64,000 bases of DNA from an uncultured Gammaproteobacteria bacterium (GCA_964590105.1 CAZPYM010000001.1:76768-140767); one strand, 5' to 3'; positions 19,120 to 29,980 are shown, numbered from the stretch's first letter. Notes: generated by a model from the letters alone, not told the origin. Numbers and translations are program-made.

Positions 19120-20496
19120 TTAATTTTCGGCAGTGAATTTTTTATCAAGATTTTTGAAACTGGCGCGCGGTTCATCAAAAAATAGTTTAATGAGCCCGGT
19201 TGGTCCGTTTCTATGCTTGGCAATGTGTATTTCCGCCATATATCTTTCTTGTGAAGTTAATTCTTCAATCCGATAGTTGCGGTCAGCTGCTTTGCGGTAA
19301 ATGAACATAACCACGTCAGCATCTTGTTCAATCGAGCCGCTTTCTCGCAAGTTTGCCAACTTGGGAATAGCTGGTTTATTCATTTCTACGGCGCGCGACA
19401 ACTGCGAGAGGGCGAGTACAGGTAAATCCAATTCTCTGGCAATGCCTTTTAGCGCCCTTGTGATTTCCGCCACTGCCTGTACGCGGCTTTCCGCGCCGGG
19501 CCGGGCTTCCATCAATTGCAAATAATCAATAACAATCATTCCCAGATTGTGTTCTGCTTTTAGACGGCGAGCTTTTGTTCTGATTTCCATTACGTTGAGA
19601 GAGGCAGAATCGTCGATGAATATAGGCGCTTCTGACAATACTCCCATGGCGTGGCCAATGCGCGGGAAGTCATCATCTTCCTCGCGATCAGATAATTTTC
19701 CGGTTCGCATTTTCCACAGGTCGACGTTTGCTTCGGCGCAGAGCAAGCGGTCAACCAGCTGTTCTTTTGACATTTCTAAACTAAAAACGCCTACCGGAAC
19801 TTTGGCTTTGATCGCAACTTGGCGAACAATATCGAGAGCCAGAGATGTTTTTCCAACAGATGGGCGGGCGGCCAAAATTACCAGGTCGGACTTTTGCAGG
19901 CCGGCGAGAAGATTGTCCAGATCAGGAAATCCGGTTGGCACGCCGCGCAGTTTGCCGCTGCTCTTGTGCAATTCGTCAATGCGGTCAAAGGTGTCGCCAA
20001 GAATGCTGCTGATCGGCGTGAAAGATTGCTGGACAAAATTTTGTGAAACAGCAAAAAGTTTTTGCTCGGCTATGTCCAGAATTTTGTCTATGTCGTGATC
20101 TTCTTCATACGTTAATTGGGTGATTTCCGAGGATACGCTTTGCAGTCGCCTCAAAGTGGCCTTTTTTTTGATAATATTGGCATATTGAATCACGTGGCTC
20201 GAAGTGGGCACGGTATGAGACAAGGTTACCAAATAACTGCGGCCGCCGGTTTTTTCCAAATGATTTTTTTCTTCGAGAAGATTAGTTACCGTTAATAAAT
20301 CAATTGGCTCTTGCTTGGAGTACAGCGCGACCATTGTTTCGAAAATAAGTCGGTGAGCGTTTTTGTAAAAATCTTCAGGACGAATAATGTCGGCGATTTT
20401 ATCAAAAGAATCTTTGTCAATCAAAATTGAGCCTAGGAAAGATTGTTCAGCTTCCAGGTTTTGTGGCGGAATTTTGGTTTTGTCTAGTTCTTGCAT
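19120..20496 (-). CDS. dnaB: replicative DNA helicase
   Basis: PPQNLEAEQ, AARPSVGKT, FSLEMS, IDYLQL, LSQLSR, LRESGSIEQDAD, KHRNGP. Confidence 0.97.
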   Translation of the reverse strand: MQELDKTKIPPQNLEAEQSFLGSILIDKDSFDKIADIIRPEDFYKNAHRLIFETMVALYSKQEPIDLLTVTNLLEEKNHLEKTGGRSYLVTLSHTVPTSSHVIQYANIIKKKATLRRLQSVSSEITQLTYEEDHDIDKILDIAEQKLFAVSQNFVQQSFTPISSILGDTFDRIDELHKSSGKLRGVPTGFPDLDNLLAGLQKSDLVILAARPSVGKTSLALDIVRQVAIKAKVPVGVFSLEMSKEQLVDRLLCAEANVDLWKMRTGKLSDREEDDDFPRIGHAMGVLSEAPIFIDDSASLNVMEIRTKARRLKAEHNLGMIVIDYLQLMEARPGAESRVQAVAEITRALKGIARELDLPVLALSQLSRAVEMNKPAIPKLANLRESGSIEQDADVVMFIYRKAADRNYRIEELTSQERYMAEIHIAKHRNGPTGLIKLFFDEPRASFKNLDKKFTAEN

Positions 20497-20685
20497 GAGT
20501 CTAAAATTGGAAATTTGAAATTAGAAATTAGGGCAGGGGCCAAGCAATTTCCAATCCAACTTCAACCCCAGTTTCAAATTTCCAGTTTCGTTATTTCTCC
20601 CCCTCATCTTATTACATCCTTCCTGAATTAACAAGTTGATAATATCTGGATAAATCGGGCATTGAGAAGTCTATTGGCAGTAATA

Positions 20686-20714
20686 TTGACAATATTCGGA
20701 TGTTGGGCTAAAAT
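20686..20714 (+). promoter_or_regulatory. sigma70 promoter of small RNA
   Basis: TTGACA-17 nt-TAAAAT, with no + strand ORF downstream. Confidence 0.8.
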
Positions 20715-20719
20715 CATAG

Positions 20720-20899
20720 CGCGTTGGCCCGATTGTGGCCCAGTTTCTTGAATAGCCCCGCCAAAGGCGTGGCGCAAACCATGTTGACGCGGCAGAGCCG
20801 CAACTTGCGATGATAAGAGAAATATGAGGAGGGACTACGAATGACTGGCGATTGGCCGTAAAGCAAGGCTGAACCCCATTGGGTTCAGCTATTTTTTTT
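20720..20899 (+). ncRNA. ssrS: probable 6S RNA (rod-shaped ~180-nt RNA with central bubble)
   Basis: GGCC/GGCC, GATTG/CGATT, CCAGTT/GACTGG, TAGCCCC/GGGACTA closing stem; purine-rich bubble 20811-30; apical CGCAA/TTGCG and GCGGC-AGA-GCCGC; promoter and terminator. Confidence 0.55.
20867..20899 (+). terminator. intrinsic terminator overlapping folD stop
   Basis: GGCTGAACCC-CATT-GGGTTCAGCT-A-T8. Confidence 0.8.
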
Positions 20900-21730
20900 C
20901 ATCAGATGAAGTTGAACTAAATTGCGCAGTAGCATGGCAATGGTCATGGGCCCGACTCCGCCGGGCACCGGCGTTATAAATTTAACTTTATTTAGAACGC
21001 TATTGTAATCAACGTCGCCCACAATTTTGTCGCCAAGTTTATTTATGCCGACATCAATTATTGTTGCATCTTTTTTTATCATGTCTGTATTAATAAAAAG
21101 AGGTTTACCAATTGCGACAATTAAAACATCAGCTTTTTTTACGGCTGTCTGCCATTTTTTGTCTTCCAATGTTTTTGCTTTTACTTTATTGTCTTTGCCC
21201 CAGACGCAGGAAAATGGCGCTGCAAAAAGCAGGTGATTGCAAAGGATAACTATTTCCTTGTTTTTGATTTCCTGGCCGGTTGAATTTACCAGTTCAACGA
21301 TCGCGAGCGGTAGAGGCGGCAGGAGCCGGTATTCGCATTTTTGCATTTTTTCATGATTTTTTGGATGAAAGCCGTCAATGTCTTTTCGATAATCAAGCGC
21401 CTTGATTATTCTTTCTGTATTATATTTTGGCGGCAATGGTAATTGGATCAGGATGCCGGTAGTTTCCGGATCATTATTTAAAAATTTTATGCAGTCAATG
21501 ATTTCTTTTTCAGTATAATCGCCTTCAAAAAGATATTGGTGAAAATTAATGTCGCAATCATTACAGGCGTGTTTTTTTAATTTGACGTATAGGTGAGAAG
21601 CTGAATCATTGCCAATTAAAATAGCGGCCAGTCCGGGGTTAATTCCTAATTCGCGAATTTGTTCTTTGGTTTTTTGCAAGAATTTTTTGCTTAACTCTTT
21701 GCCGTTTATAATTTTGTCATCGCGATTCAT
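20885..21730 (-). CDS. folD: methylenetetrahydrofolate dehydrogenase/cyclohydrolase
   Basis: GILIQLPLP, KDIDG, IDVGIN, TPVPGGVGPMT. Confidence 0.93.
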   Translation of the reverse strand: MNRDDKIINGKELSKKFLQKTKEQIRELGINPGLAAILIGNDSASHLYVKLKKHACNDCDINFHQYLFEGDYTEKEIIDCIKFLNNDPETTGILIQLPLPPKYNTERIIKALDYRKDIDGFHPKNHEKMQKCEYRLLPPLPLAIVELVNSTGQEIKNKEIVILCNHLLFAAPFSCVWGKDNKVKAKTLEDKKWQTAVKKADVLIVAIGKPLFINTDMIKKDATIIDVGINKLGDKIVGDVDYNSVLNKVKFITPVPGGVGPMTIAMLLRNLVQLHLMKKNS

Positions 21731-21740
21731 GAAAATTTAT

Positions 21741-22991
21741 TTAATCGTTTAATTCTGGATACAGCGAAAATTTTGAAGTTAAATCAAGAACTTGTTGTTT
21801 GATTTTTTTAAGATTACCGTCCTGGCCTTTACTACTCAAGGTTTCGGAAATTAATTCGCCAACCAGTTCAAAATCTTGTTCCTTGAATCCGCGGGTGGTC
21901 ATGGCCGGCGTGCCGACGCGAATACCCGACGGATCCATCGGGCTTCTTGGATCGTCCGGAATCATGTTTTTGTTGCAGGTAATGCCGACAGAATCAAGCA
22001 GTTCTTGCGCTTCGCGTCCGCTGACATTTTTGTTTGATACGTCAATTAGCAGTAAATGGTTTTCCGTTGTGCCAAAAGCGATTTTAAAATCTTTTTCTTT
22101 TAATTTATTTTCCAGGGCTTTGGCATTTTTCATAATTTGTCCGGCGTATTCCCGGAATTCCGGCTGAAGAGCCTCGCCAAAAGCCACGGCTTTCGCGGCA
22201 ATATTGTGTTCGTGCGGACCGCCTTGCAGGCCGGGAAAAACAGCTTTGTCAATTTGTTTGGCCAGTTTTTCTTTGCACAAGATCATGCCGCCCCGAGGGC
22301 CGCGTAAAGTTTTGTGGGTTGTTGTCGTGACAACATCAAATAATGGCACGGGATTGTTCATTTTTCCAGCGGCAATCAGGCCGGCGATGTGAGCAATATC
22401 AGCCATTGTAAGCGCGTTTACTTTATCGGCGATTTGTTTAATTTTTTCATAATCAATTTCCCGCGAATATGCAGAGTAGCCGACGAGAATTAATTTGGGC
22501 TTATGCTCTTCGGCCATTTGTAAAAGATTGTCATAATCAATCAGGCCGGTGTTTTTGTCGGTTTTGTATCGGATAAAATTAAAAATTTTTGACATGCAGG
22601 TTACCGGATGGCCGTGCGTTAAATGTCCGCCATGAGACAAGTCCATGCCAAGTATTGTGTCGCCCGGCGAGAGTAGAGCAAAATAAGCGGCAATATTGGC
22701 CGGCGCGCCTGACAGCGGTTGGACATTGACATGCTCGGCGCCGAATAATTGTTTGGCTCTTTCAATGGCCAAGAGTTCAACAATATCAACGTTTTCCGTG
22801 CCGCCGTAATATCTGTTGCCGGGATAGCCTTCGGAATATTTATTGGTCAGGACACTGCCAAGCGCTTCCAGGACAGCGACTGAAACAAAATTTTCAGAAG
22901 GAATAAGTTCAATAACATTTTGCTGGCGCAGGAGTTCATTTTTTATTGCTTGCGCGATTTCAGGATCCTGTATTGATAATTTGTTCAGCAT
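21741..22991 (-). CDS. glyA: serine hydroxymethyltransferase
   Basis: [40 protein letters not shown]. Confidence 0.97.
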   Translation of the reverse strand: MLNKLSIQDPEIAQAIKNELLRQQNVIELIPSENFVSVAVLEALGSVLTNKYSEGYPGNRYYGGTENVDIVELLAIERAKQLFGAEHVNVQPLSGAPANIAAYFALLSPGDTILGMDLSHGGHLTHGHPVTCMSKIFNFIRYKTDKNTGLIDYDNLLQMAEEHKPKLILVGYSAYSREIDYEKIKQIADKVNALTMADIAHIAGLIAAGKMNNPVPLFDVVTTTTHKTLRGPRGGMILCKEKLAKQIDKAVFPGLQGGPHEHNIAAKAVAFGEALQPEFREYAGQIMKNAKALENKLKEKDFKIAFGTTENHLLLIDVSNKNVSGREAQELLDSVGITCNKNMIPDDPRSPMDPSGIRVGTPAMTTRGFKEQDFELVGELISETLSSKGQDGNLKKIKQQVLDLTSKFSLYPELND

Positions 22992-22996
22992 AAGAA

Positions 22997-24889
22997 TTAT
23001 TTAAATTCTAAAGATATTTCATTGCTATATGTTCCGCAAACACTGCCGAGATTTTGGCAGACGCTGAAATAATATGTTTTGCCTGATTCAAGTCCTGCCC
23101 ATACGTCAGTTGTCTCGCTAGCCGAAGTTAGCAAGTGATGTCCTTGGCCAGGGAAACTGACGCCCGGTGTTTCACTGATAATACTTTTAAATCCCTTAGT
23201 TATTTCCAGGTCGCTTACCTGCCAATTTAAATTGATCTGACCACCAGTTGATGTTCCAGACAAGGTAATGGTACCTGTTGGCGCAGTTTCAGTGACAGTA
23301 ATGTTGGCATTATTGCTATAAACAACACATTGATTGTTTTTCAGAAGACAGACCCGGAAAAAATAGATTGCCGGACTTAGTTTTTTCCAGGTGTCGTTGC
23401 GTTCATTGCTATTTAAAGAATGATATGAATTACCGGGATATGCCGGATCTTTTGTTTGCGAAATAATTGATTTAAATCCTTCGGCCGGATTAATGTCATT
23501 GCTTATTGACCAGCTGAGACTGACATCGTCTTTGTCAGCGGAAGCATTTAAATTGATTTGTCCGGTTGTTTTTTCTCCGGCGCCAATGCTTGCATTGTAA
23601 TTATTACTATATGCCAGGCATTTGCCGTCGGTGGAATATGCGCAGACGCGGAAAAAGTAATCGCCGTCGACAAGGCCAGCCCATTGGTCGCTTGATGCCG
23701 CGCTTTCAATTGTGTGGTACGGATTATTGGGAAAAGTGGGATTTTCCGCATTGGCCTGAACAACTTTGTATTCTTTTAAATTATCAATACTGTCTGTAGT
23801 CCATTCCAGAGCCACAGTGTTTTCTTTTTTCGAACCTTTTAGAATGATTTCAATTTTTTGTTTGTTTGAGGTGACGAAAATTGTTTTTTTGTTAAGGTTT
23901 TTGCCTTTTTTAACAGTGATTTCGATTTCATTTTCTCCGGGCGACAGCAGATAATCAGTTTCAAAGCTTCCTTGATTGTTATCAACTTCTTGGCCGGACA
24001 TAAAAATTTCAGCACCCGGATCGGTTTGTCCTTTGATAGTCACTTTTTCGCTGTCTGTTTGAGTTTTTGTTTCAGCCGGCTCGGTCAGGACGAGCGGAAC
24101 TGCTTTTTCAAAAACACCGAGAAAGTGATTTTCCTCCCGGTCTCGTTCCAAATTCCAGGCGTACCAGCTGTCGTTCAAAAGGTCGGCAATTGAAACTTCT
24201 TCTGTTTGGATCATTTTGCCGAACTCGAGCGTAGGATTGACAGACGCTTTGGTGCCTTGCTCTACGGTTCTCATGTTAATGATATCTTCTTGGTCGTATA
24301 TTTTTAATTTAATTTTTCCCTCAGTCACTGTGACATAGGTTAATTTGCTGCTAACAAGAGTATTAAAAGCAGTGCCAAGCGCGGTAATTTCAGTATTACC
24401 ATTTGTTACTCGGTAAATAGCAGTTGATTCGCTGTTGACGCGGTGAAAAGCTGTGCCGCTTATTTGTTCGATTACTACATCAGACATTCCCATTTGGGTA
24501 ATTCTTAATTCGCTTTTTTCCGATAGCCTGATTTGACTCTTGTCCGGCAGTTCAATCACTGCTCTCGCGGCGTCATTGGTTCTGACAATGTCATTCATCT
24601 GAATTTGATAATTATCACCGATTTCTTGCCACGGCTGATCCTCGGTTTTGATTTCAATTGTTCCAGTTGAATAAATAAGCTTGGCCGCTGTTATGGGGAT
24701 ATTGTCCTGGTCTGAATATTTTTGCCTGTTGTTGGCTTCATCTTCGGTTTTTTGAATTGACCAATAAATAAAGCCAGCTACCAAAATTATGATAACCAGT
24801 AAAATATAAAAGCCCTTTGTTTTTCGAAAAGGTTTTTTGTAATAACTGCGGTGAGCTGAGCTATAGGCGCTTGAAGAATGTGTGTTCAT
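22997..24889 (-). CDS. membrane-anchored FecR-domain protein with Ig/FN3-like repeats
   Basis: N-terminal TM, FecR-like D.VRT...A.IELPD.S.IRL..., three repeats ending YFFRVC....C..YSN. Confidence 0.8.
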   Translation of the reverse strand: MNTHSSSAYSSAHRSYYKKPFRKTKGFYILLVIIILVAGFIYWSIQKTEDEANNRQKYSDQDNIPITAAKLIYSTGTIEIKTEDQPWQEIGDNYQIQMNDIVRTNDAARAVIELPDKSQIRLSEKSELRITQMGMSDVVIEQISGTAFHRVNSESTAIYRVTNGNTEITALGTAFNTLVSSKLTYVTVTEGKIKLKIYDQEDIINMRTVEQGTKASVNPTLEFGKMIQTEEVSIADLLNDSWYAWNLERDREENHFLGVFEKAVPLVLTEPAETKTQTDSEKVTIKGQTDPGAEIFMSGQEVDNNQGSFETDYLLSPGENEIEITVKKGKNLNKKTIFVTSNKQKIEIILKGSKKENTVALEWTTDSIDNLKEYKVVQANAENPTFPNNPYHTIESAASSDQWAGLVDGDYFFRVCAYSTDGKCLAYSNNYNASIGAGEKTTGQINLNASADKDDVSLSWSISNDINPAEGFKSIISQTKDPAYPGNSYHSLNSNERNDTWKKLSPAIYFFRVCLLKNNQCVVYSNNANITVTETAPTGTITLSGTSTGGQINLNWQVSDLEITKGFKSIISETPGVSFPGQGHHLLTSASETTDVWAGLESGKTYYFSVCQNLGSVCGTYSNEISLEFK

Positions 24890-24983
24890 AGGTGATATGT
24901 AGACCAATTAAAATTTTAACTTATTTTGTGAGTTTTAACAAGTTGGCAACCAAGTTAATCGAGTTAATCAACTAATTAACCAA

Positions 24984-26525
24984 TCAACTAATCAACTTTT
25001 TTGTCATATACGTGCCCTCAAGCTTGTATCCCAGTTTTCTGTAAAATCCGCGCACGCCGATACCGGAGATAACTGCGATTTTTTTAAAACCTTTTTTACG
25101 AGCGATCATTTCAGCTTCATGCGTTAATTTTGTTCCCAACCCGGTATGTTGAATTGAAGTACGGATTACGGATTTGCTTTGAGCTAAGGAAACCAAGCGT
25201 CCATAAGTATGGACTTCGCGGATCATGGCGCAGTCTTGAATTTCTTTAATAATATTTTGTTCTGATTTTTCCGGCAGACGCAGGCGCAGGAAAGCGTACA
25301 ACTTTTTTTTGTTTGGCGAAGCAAATTGTAAAAAGTATTCACTAGCATCTGAGGCTTGATATTTCTTTGTAAATAATTTGGCTTGGCTTAAATTTTTAAT
25401 GTCTTCTCTGGCTTCACGACAACGAATGCATTTACACCATTTACCTTCAGCTTTCAATTTGGTTTGAAGTGTCTGACGGAGATTACTGACCAGATTGCCG
25501 GCTTCAATACTTTCTTTTGGAATGTCGCGAATTAATCGAATGATTCGAACATATTCAGGTGTGGATAACTTTAATTGAAAAAGTAAATCCAAAAGTTGTT
25601 TGTCAGTGTAAGGTTTATATTTGCCCTGTTTCCACCATTTGAAAAGCAAGGAGTTTTTTGTAACTACAGTGGGATAAATTTTTATCAGATCCGGCTGAAA
25701 ATCCTGATTTGTAAAAAGTTTTTTAAAATTTTGCAGATCTTTTGCCGGGGTCGCGCCCGGTAAGTTTGGCATCAGGTGATAGGCGACTTTGAAGCCGGTT
25801 TGTTTGAATAATTTTGTTGCCCGAATTATTTCACCGGTTCCGTGTCCGCGTTTATTTAATTTTAAAATTTTGTCGTCAGCGATTTGTACGCCGAGTTCAA
25901 CTTTTGTAGCGCCGAGTTCCCGCCAGTATTTAATTTCCTCGGCATCAATATAATCCGGCCGCGTTTCGAGCGTCAGTGCCACGATTCTGTGTTTGGCTTT
26001 TTCATTGAGCTTGTGAGCTTGACGGATGTTTTTTGAAGTTTTGGAATTGCAGGCGTCAAAACAGCGTTTCACAAACCATTTTTGATATTGCCGCGGCAAG
26101 TATGACCAGGTGCCGCCCATGATGATCAATTCAATTTTGTCTGTGGCGTGGCCGTTGTTTTCCAGAGCCCTTAGCCGGGATTTTACCTGAATAAAAGGGT
26201 TAAAGCGCGCCGCTATCGCCCGCATTACAGCCGGCTCGTTTGACAGGTAGCTCTTTGGCATGTTTTTTTCATCGGGGCAGTAGGCGCATTTCCCGGGGCA
26301 GGGAAATGGTTTTGTCAGAACAGCGACCGGCGCCACGCCGGATAGAGTGCGGATTTTTCTTTTTTGCAAAAGTTTTTCCAAGTCTTTATTTTGTTTAATC
26401 TTGTTTTGTTTAATGAGCCGGCGATACAAATTCAAAAGCTCGGCATTTGAAATCATGCCGGCTTTGTTTTTATTGGCGGATCGTCGTTTGATTTTATTCA
26501 GGCGATTATAATTCTTGATTTTCAT
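24984..26525 (-). CDS. elp3: Elp3-type tRNA U34 acetyltransferase (radical SAM + GNAT)
   Basis: RTLSGVAPVAV, CPGKCAYCP, MPKSY, ETRPD, KIYPT, IREVHTYG, QHTGLG, ISGIGVR.FYRKLGY. Confidence 0.93.
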   Translation of the reverse strand: MKIKNYNRLNKIKRRSANKNKAGMISNAELLNLYRRLIKQNKIKQNKDLEKLLQKRKIRTLSGVAPVAVLTKPFPCPGKCAYCPDEKNMPKSYLSNEPAVMRAIAARFNPFIQVKSRLRALENNGHATDKIELIIMGGTWSYLPRQYQKWFVKRCFDACNSKTSKNIRQAHKLNEKAKHRIVALTLETRPDYIDAEEIKYWRELGATKVELGVQIADDKILKLNKRGHGTGEIIRATKLFKQTGFKVAYHLMPNLPGATPAKDLQNFKKLFTNQDFQPDLIKIYPTVVTKNSLLFKWWKQGKYKPYTDKQLLDLLFQLKLSTPEYVRIIRLIRDIPKESIEAGNLVSNLRQTLQTKLKAEGKWCKCIRCREAREDIKNLSQAKLFTKKYQASDASEYFLQFASPNKKKLYAFLRLRLPEKSEQNIIKEIQDCAMIREVHTYGRLVSLAQSKSVIRTSIQHTGLGTKLTHEAEMIARKKGFKKIAVISGIGVRGFYRKLGYKLEGTYMTKKLIS

Positions 26526-26571
26526 TGCCGCCAATTCAAAAAGTAGTTGTTGCGCTCCTTCAGTAGCGCTT

Positions 26572-27657
26572 TTAGTAAATCGGTTCGAAGTCATTGATTA
26601 TTTGGCTGAAATAATTTTCGTACATCTCTATATCGCTTTCATTGAAAATAATAAGTTCGAGGTGAATAAATCTTTTTGTGTTGATCATGATGTCCAGATA
26701 AATTTCCGCGCCTTTTTTAAATTCTTCATCGTCGCGCGTAAAGTCAGTGTTGTATTTGAATTTCTGATATTTGGCCGGCTTGACCCCGATCTGAATTTCT
26801 TCATCGGTTATTTTTTCTGATGATCCGACTTTGCTGACATTAAAATGACTTAACGTAAAATCCTTGTCTGATTCCAAAACGTAAATTTTCATCCGACCGG
26901 CGTTTGCTGACGGAGTTAAAACTAATTTGTGAACAATGTCCATGCTTTTGAATGAGGAAAGCTTGTCAGTGTCTGGATTGATTGCCTTGGACCAGCTATT
27001 CGGGTATTTCATTTTATATTTGCCGGCTGCTTCGAAAGTCGTTTTTACATAATTGGCCGCGATTTTGTTCAGATTGGCATTGCTGATGCCAATGCCCAGA
27101 TTGTACATTATTTCAAAAGCATTCCCGGGCCGGCCGAGAAAATAGCGCTTGGAATCATTTGGGTTCAGATACCAGGCTTCGCCCTTTTTTTCGACTTGTA
27201 ACAAGATTCTGCCTTTTAATTTATTGACCAGCGCCAAATTGGCCGGCAGTTTGTCGGGGCCGTTTGGATTATACCAGTTGGCGATTTCACTTTTATCAGA
27301 ATAATCATCGCCGTCCGAATCAGCGCTATTTGGATTGGTGCCAATGGCCAGTTCCATATCATCAGGCAGGCCATCCTGATCACTGTCAGTACCGGAATAA
27401 TTGATTAGTCCGATCGGAATTTGAGCAAGGTTCTTATTGGAAATGCCGAGACCAAAAGTTCGCATAATGCCAAAAGCATCAGCCGGGCGGCCGAGATAGT
27501 AGCGCAGGCCGTCAGTCGGATTAACATACCAGGCTTCGCCTTTTTGTTCCACCTGCAAATAAATTTTGCCGGCATGCAAACTGGCGGCGCTTGCTAAAAT
27601 GGGGGCAAATGATATAATGACAATGCTAAAAATCGCGAGCTTTAAATAGCTTTTCAT
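26572..27657 (-). CDS. secreted protein with duplicated GxIxLQVExKGEAWY domain and DxDxDG Ca-binding repeat
   Basis: Signal peptide; two ~50-aa internal repeats flanking DSDQDGLPD/DSDGDDYSD. Confidence 0.8.
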   Translation of the reverse strand: MKSYLKLAIFSIVIISFAPILASAASLHAGKIYLQVEQKGEAWYVNPTDGLRYYLGRPADAFGIMRTFGLGISNKNLAQIPIGLINYSGTDSDQDGLPDDMELAIGTNPNSADSDGDDYSDKSEIANWYNPNGPDKLPANLALVNKLKGRILLQVEKKGEAWYLNPNDSKRYFLGRPGNAFEIMYNLGIGISNANLNKIAANYVKTTFEAAGKYKMKYPNSWSKAINPDTDKLSSFKSMDIVHKLVLTPSANAGRMKIYVLESDKDFTLSHFNVSKVGSSEKITDEEIQIGVKPAKYQKFKYNTDFTRDDEEFKKGAEIYLDIMINTKRFIHLELIIFNESDIEMYENYFSQIINDFEPIY

Positions 27658-27733
27658 AATAATAAATAGTTATTGTTCTTTCTATATTATGCTGGAAATT
27701 CAGCAGATAGTCAATGAAGAGGAGGATGTTCAG

Positions 27734-28321
27734 ATGAAAGAAAATCCAATTGCCAGGTTTGCGGCGCGGGCCATGATTGAAGCTGAAGAATTGGTCAGGG
27801 GAAACCCTGGGCTTTTCCACACGATTATCCTGGACGACTGGCGCCAGGTCAGATTAATTTTTGATTCGGAGTGTTCAGTCACTTGCCATTATTATGAGGC
27901 GTGTCTTGAAACTTGCTATCATCGGCAATTATTCCCCCTTGACATACAAGAGGCTACCGAGCAGGGTCCGTTGAGAAAAACCTTGTACGACTTGACTTCT
28001 GATAAGGATAAATTTCTTTACGGTCCGGAACGTTTCTTGCCGTGCAAGACAATAAGCCGATATGCTGAATGTTTCATCAGGTGTATTTTGCTTGATGAAG
28101 AAATGAAAGAGCCTGTTAAACTTGAAGAAGAATTGGAACTGGTGAGGAATTTCCTCGTTGTCTATACTGATTCCCCTCTGGGTTGCGACGAGGTGGCTGC
28201 GGCGGCAAAGGAACAGATTGTCCTCGCGATTTTGGCCGGCGCGCCGGAAGAGCAGAGGAAGATGATTGTCATTAGTCTGACCAAGCTGGGTTGGGATTTT
28301 GCAAAGAATGTTTTCGTTTGA
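27734..28321 (+). CDS. orphan hypothetical protein
   Basis: ATG 27734 preceded by GAGGAGG; no recognisable motif. Confidence 0.65.
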   Translation: MKENPIARFAARAMIEAEELVRGNPGLFHTIILDDWRQVRLIFDSECSVTCHYYEACLETCYHRQLFPLDIQEATEQGPLRKTLYDLTSDKDKFLYGPERFLPCKTISRYAECFIRCILLDEEMKEPVKLEEELELVRNFLVVYTDSPLGCDEVAAAAKEQIVLAILAGAPEEQRKMIVISLTKLGWDFAKNVFV

Positions 28322-28362
28322 AAACAAATATGGCCGCTACTCTGTAGCGGCTTATTAAAAAT

Positions 28363-29085
28363 ATGGACTTAAACGAATTAAATAAACAAAGTTATAACAA
28401 GATTGCTGAACTTTTTGCCAGTACTCGAGGTTATATTTGGGGGGATATTAATTTGTTGATTAATTACGTTAAGGCGGGAGATAAAGTTCTTGACGTTGGA
28501 TGCGGGAATGGAAGGCTAGGTAAAAGTTTAAAGGTAAAAGGTAAAAGTATAGGCTATATTGGAATTGATAACAGTGAAAAGTTAATAGAACAGGCGCGAA
28601 GGGCTTATTCTGATATAAAGTTTGAAGTAGCTGATATCTTGGAATTTGGTGCTTCGAACTGGGCGCTTGAAAGCTTTGATGTCGTTTTTATGAATTCGGT
28701 CTTAAATCATTTTCCAAAGGATAAACAAACGCAGGTTTTGAGAAATGTAAAAAAGGTCCTTCGACCGGACGGAAAGCTTTTGATGGTCAATTGGAATCTA
28801 TGGAATATAAATAATTTAAAATCAATTTGGCGGAATATTCCTTTTGTCAAAATTATTTTTGGTGGAGAAAGAGGGGTTGTTACCCGCTGGAAGACAACCG
28901 GAATTGACGTGCCGCTATATTATTATGCTTTTACCAAAGGTGAAATAAAGCGGTTGTTGAAAAAAAACGGATTTAAAATTATTAAAAACTATTACAGCGC
29001 CAAAAATGATCCTGATCAGCCGGGGAGGAAAAGCTGGTGGTTGTTTGGCTTGAATATTGTGACGATTGCACGAGCAAAAGATTAA
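28363..29085 (+). CDS. class I SAM-dependent methyltransferase
   Basis: VLDVGCGNGR, GIDNS, LRPDG. Confidence 0.88.
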   Translation: MDLNELNKQSYNKIAELFASTRGYIWGDINLLINYVKAGDKVLDVGCGNGRLGKSLKVKGKSIGYIGIDNSEKLIEQARRAYSDIKFEVADILEFGASNWALESFDVVFMNSVLNHFPKDKQTQVLRNVKKVLRPDGKLLMVNWNLWNINNLKSIWRNIPFVKIIFGGERGVVTRWKTTGIDVPLYYYAFTKGEIKRLLKKNGFKIIKNYYSAKNDPDQPGRKSWWLFGLNIVTIARAKD

Positions 29086-29151
29086 TCGAGTGAATTGTAA
29101 TTAAGCTGATTTTTTAGTAGAATGATATATAGTGATAACAAGAAGAATAAT

Positions 29152-29754
29152 ATGTTAAAAACAATTTGTCTGTTTGGCGACAGCATTGCCTGGGGTGCGT
29201 GGGATCCGGAACGCGGCGGCTGGGGCGCTAGGCTTCGAAATTATTTTGAAACTAATGATATTGAAATACCTTTTTATAATTGCGGAGTGGCCGGCGACAA
29301 TACTGATTACCTGTTGGAAAGATTCAAAGTTGAGGCCGAGGCGCGCGAGCCGAAAATCATTATTTTTGCCATCGGTCTTAATGATTCCTCGTATATTGAT
29401 TCAAAAGATAATTTGTTTGTGCCGATGAAAAGGTTTGAAAATAATTTGCGCGAATTAATATCGCAGGCAAAAGAAATTACGGACACAATAATTTTTGTCG
29501 GGCTGACAAAAGTTGACGAGGAAAAAACTATGCCGACTTCATGGGATGAAACAAAAAATTACGATGAAGAAAACGTGAAATTGTATGATTTGAAAATTAA
29601 AGAAATTTGCGATAAGGGCGGCTTGTTATTTGTGCCGGTGTTTGACTTGCTGGAGAAGGGCGACCTTGAAGACGGCCTGCATCCGAATTCAGCCGGACAT
29701 CAAAAAATGTTTTTGCGGATAAAAAAGTTTTTGTTTTCCGAGAAGATTATTTAA
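29152..29754 (+). CDS. SGNH/GDSL hydrolase
   Basis: FGDSI, GVAG, IGLND, DGLHPN. Confidence 0.9.
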   Translation: MLKTICLFGDSIAWGAWDPERGGWGARLRNYFETNDIEIPFYNCGVAGDNTDYLLERFKVEAEAREPKIIIFAIGLNDSSYIDSKDNLFVPMKRFENNLRELISQAKEITDTIIFVGLTKVDEEKTMPTSWDETKNYDEENVKLYDLKIKEICDKGGLLFVPVFDLLEKGDLEDGLHPNSAGHQKMFLRIKKFLFSEKII

Positions 29755-29809
29755 TTTAAGTTGTAAGGTTTATCAATGTTATTTACATTTTGAGCTGATT
29801 GTCTTCTGT

Positions 29810-29945
29810 GGGCCTTCGGCGAGTTACTTTTTGGCAGCAAAAAGTAACCACCCTTCGACTCCTTCCGTCGCTCAGGGTGACACAGAGGCACAAAAGGGCG
29901 AACGAAGTTTATGCTGAGCGGAGCGAAGTGCCCCGGACCCCGTGG
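29810..29945. repeat. REP-like palindromic intergenic element
   Basis: GTTACTTTTTG-GCAG-CAAAAAGTAAC hairpin; CTTCG..CGCTCAG / CTGAGCGGAGCGAAG inverted arms. Confidence 0.6.
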
Positions 29946-29980
29946 AATGAAATGTATTGTTCACTGATTTTTAAAACATT

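Noticed and set aside
20720-20866. THF/ZTP riboswitch for folD-glyA
   Set aside because: It lies downstream of folD on the opposite strand, with its own promoter and terminator.
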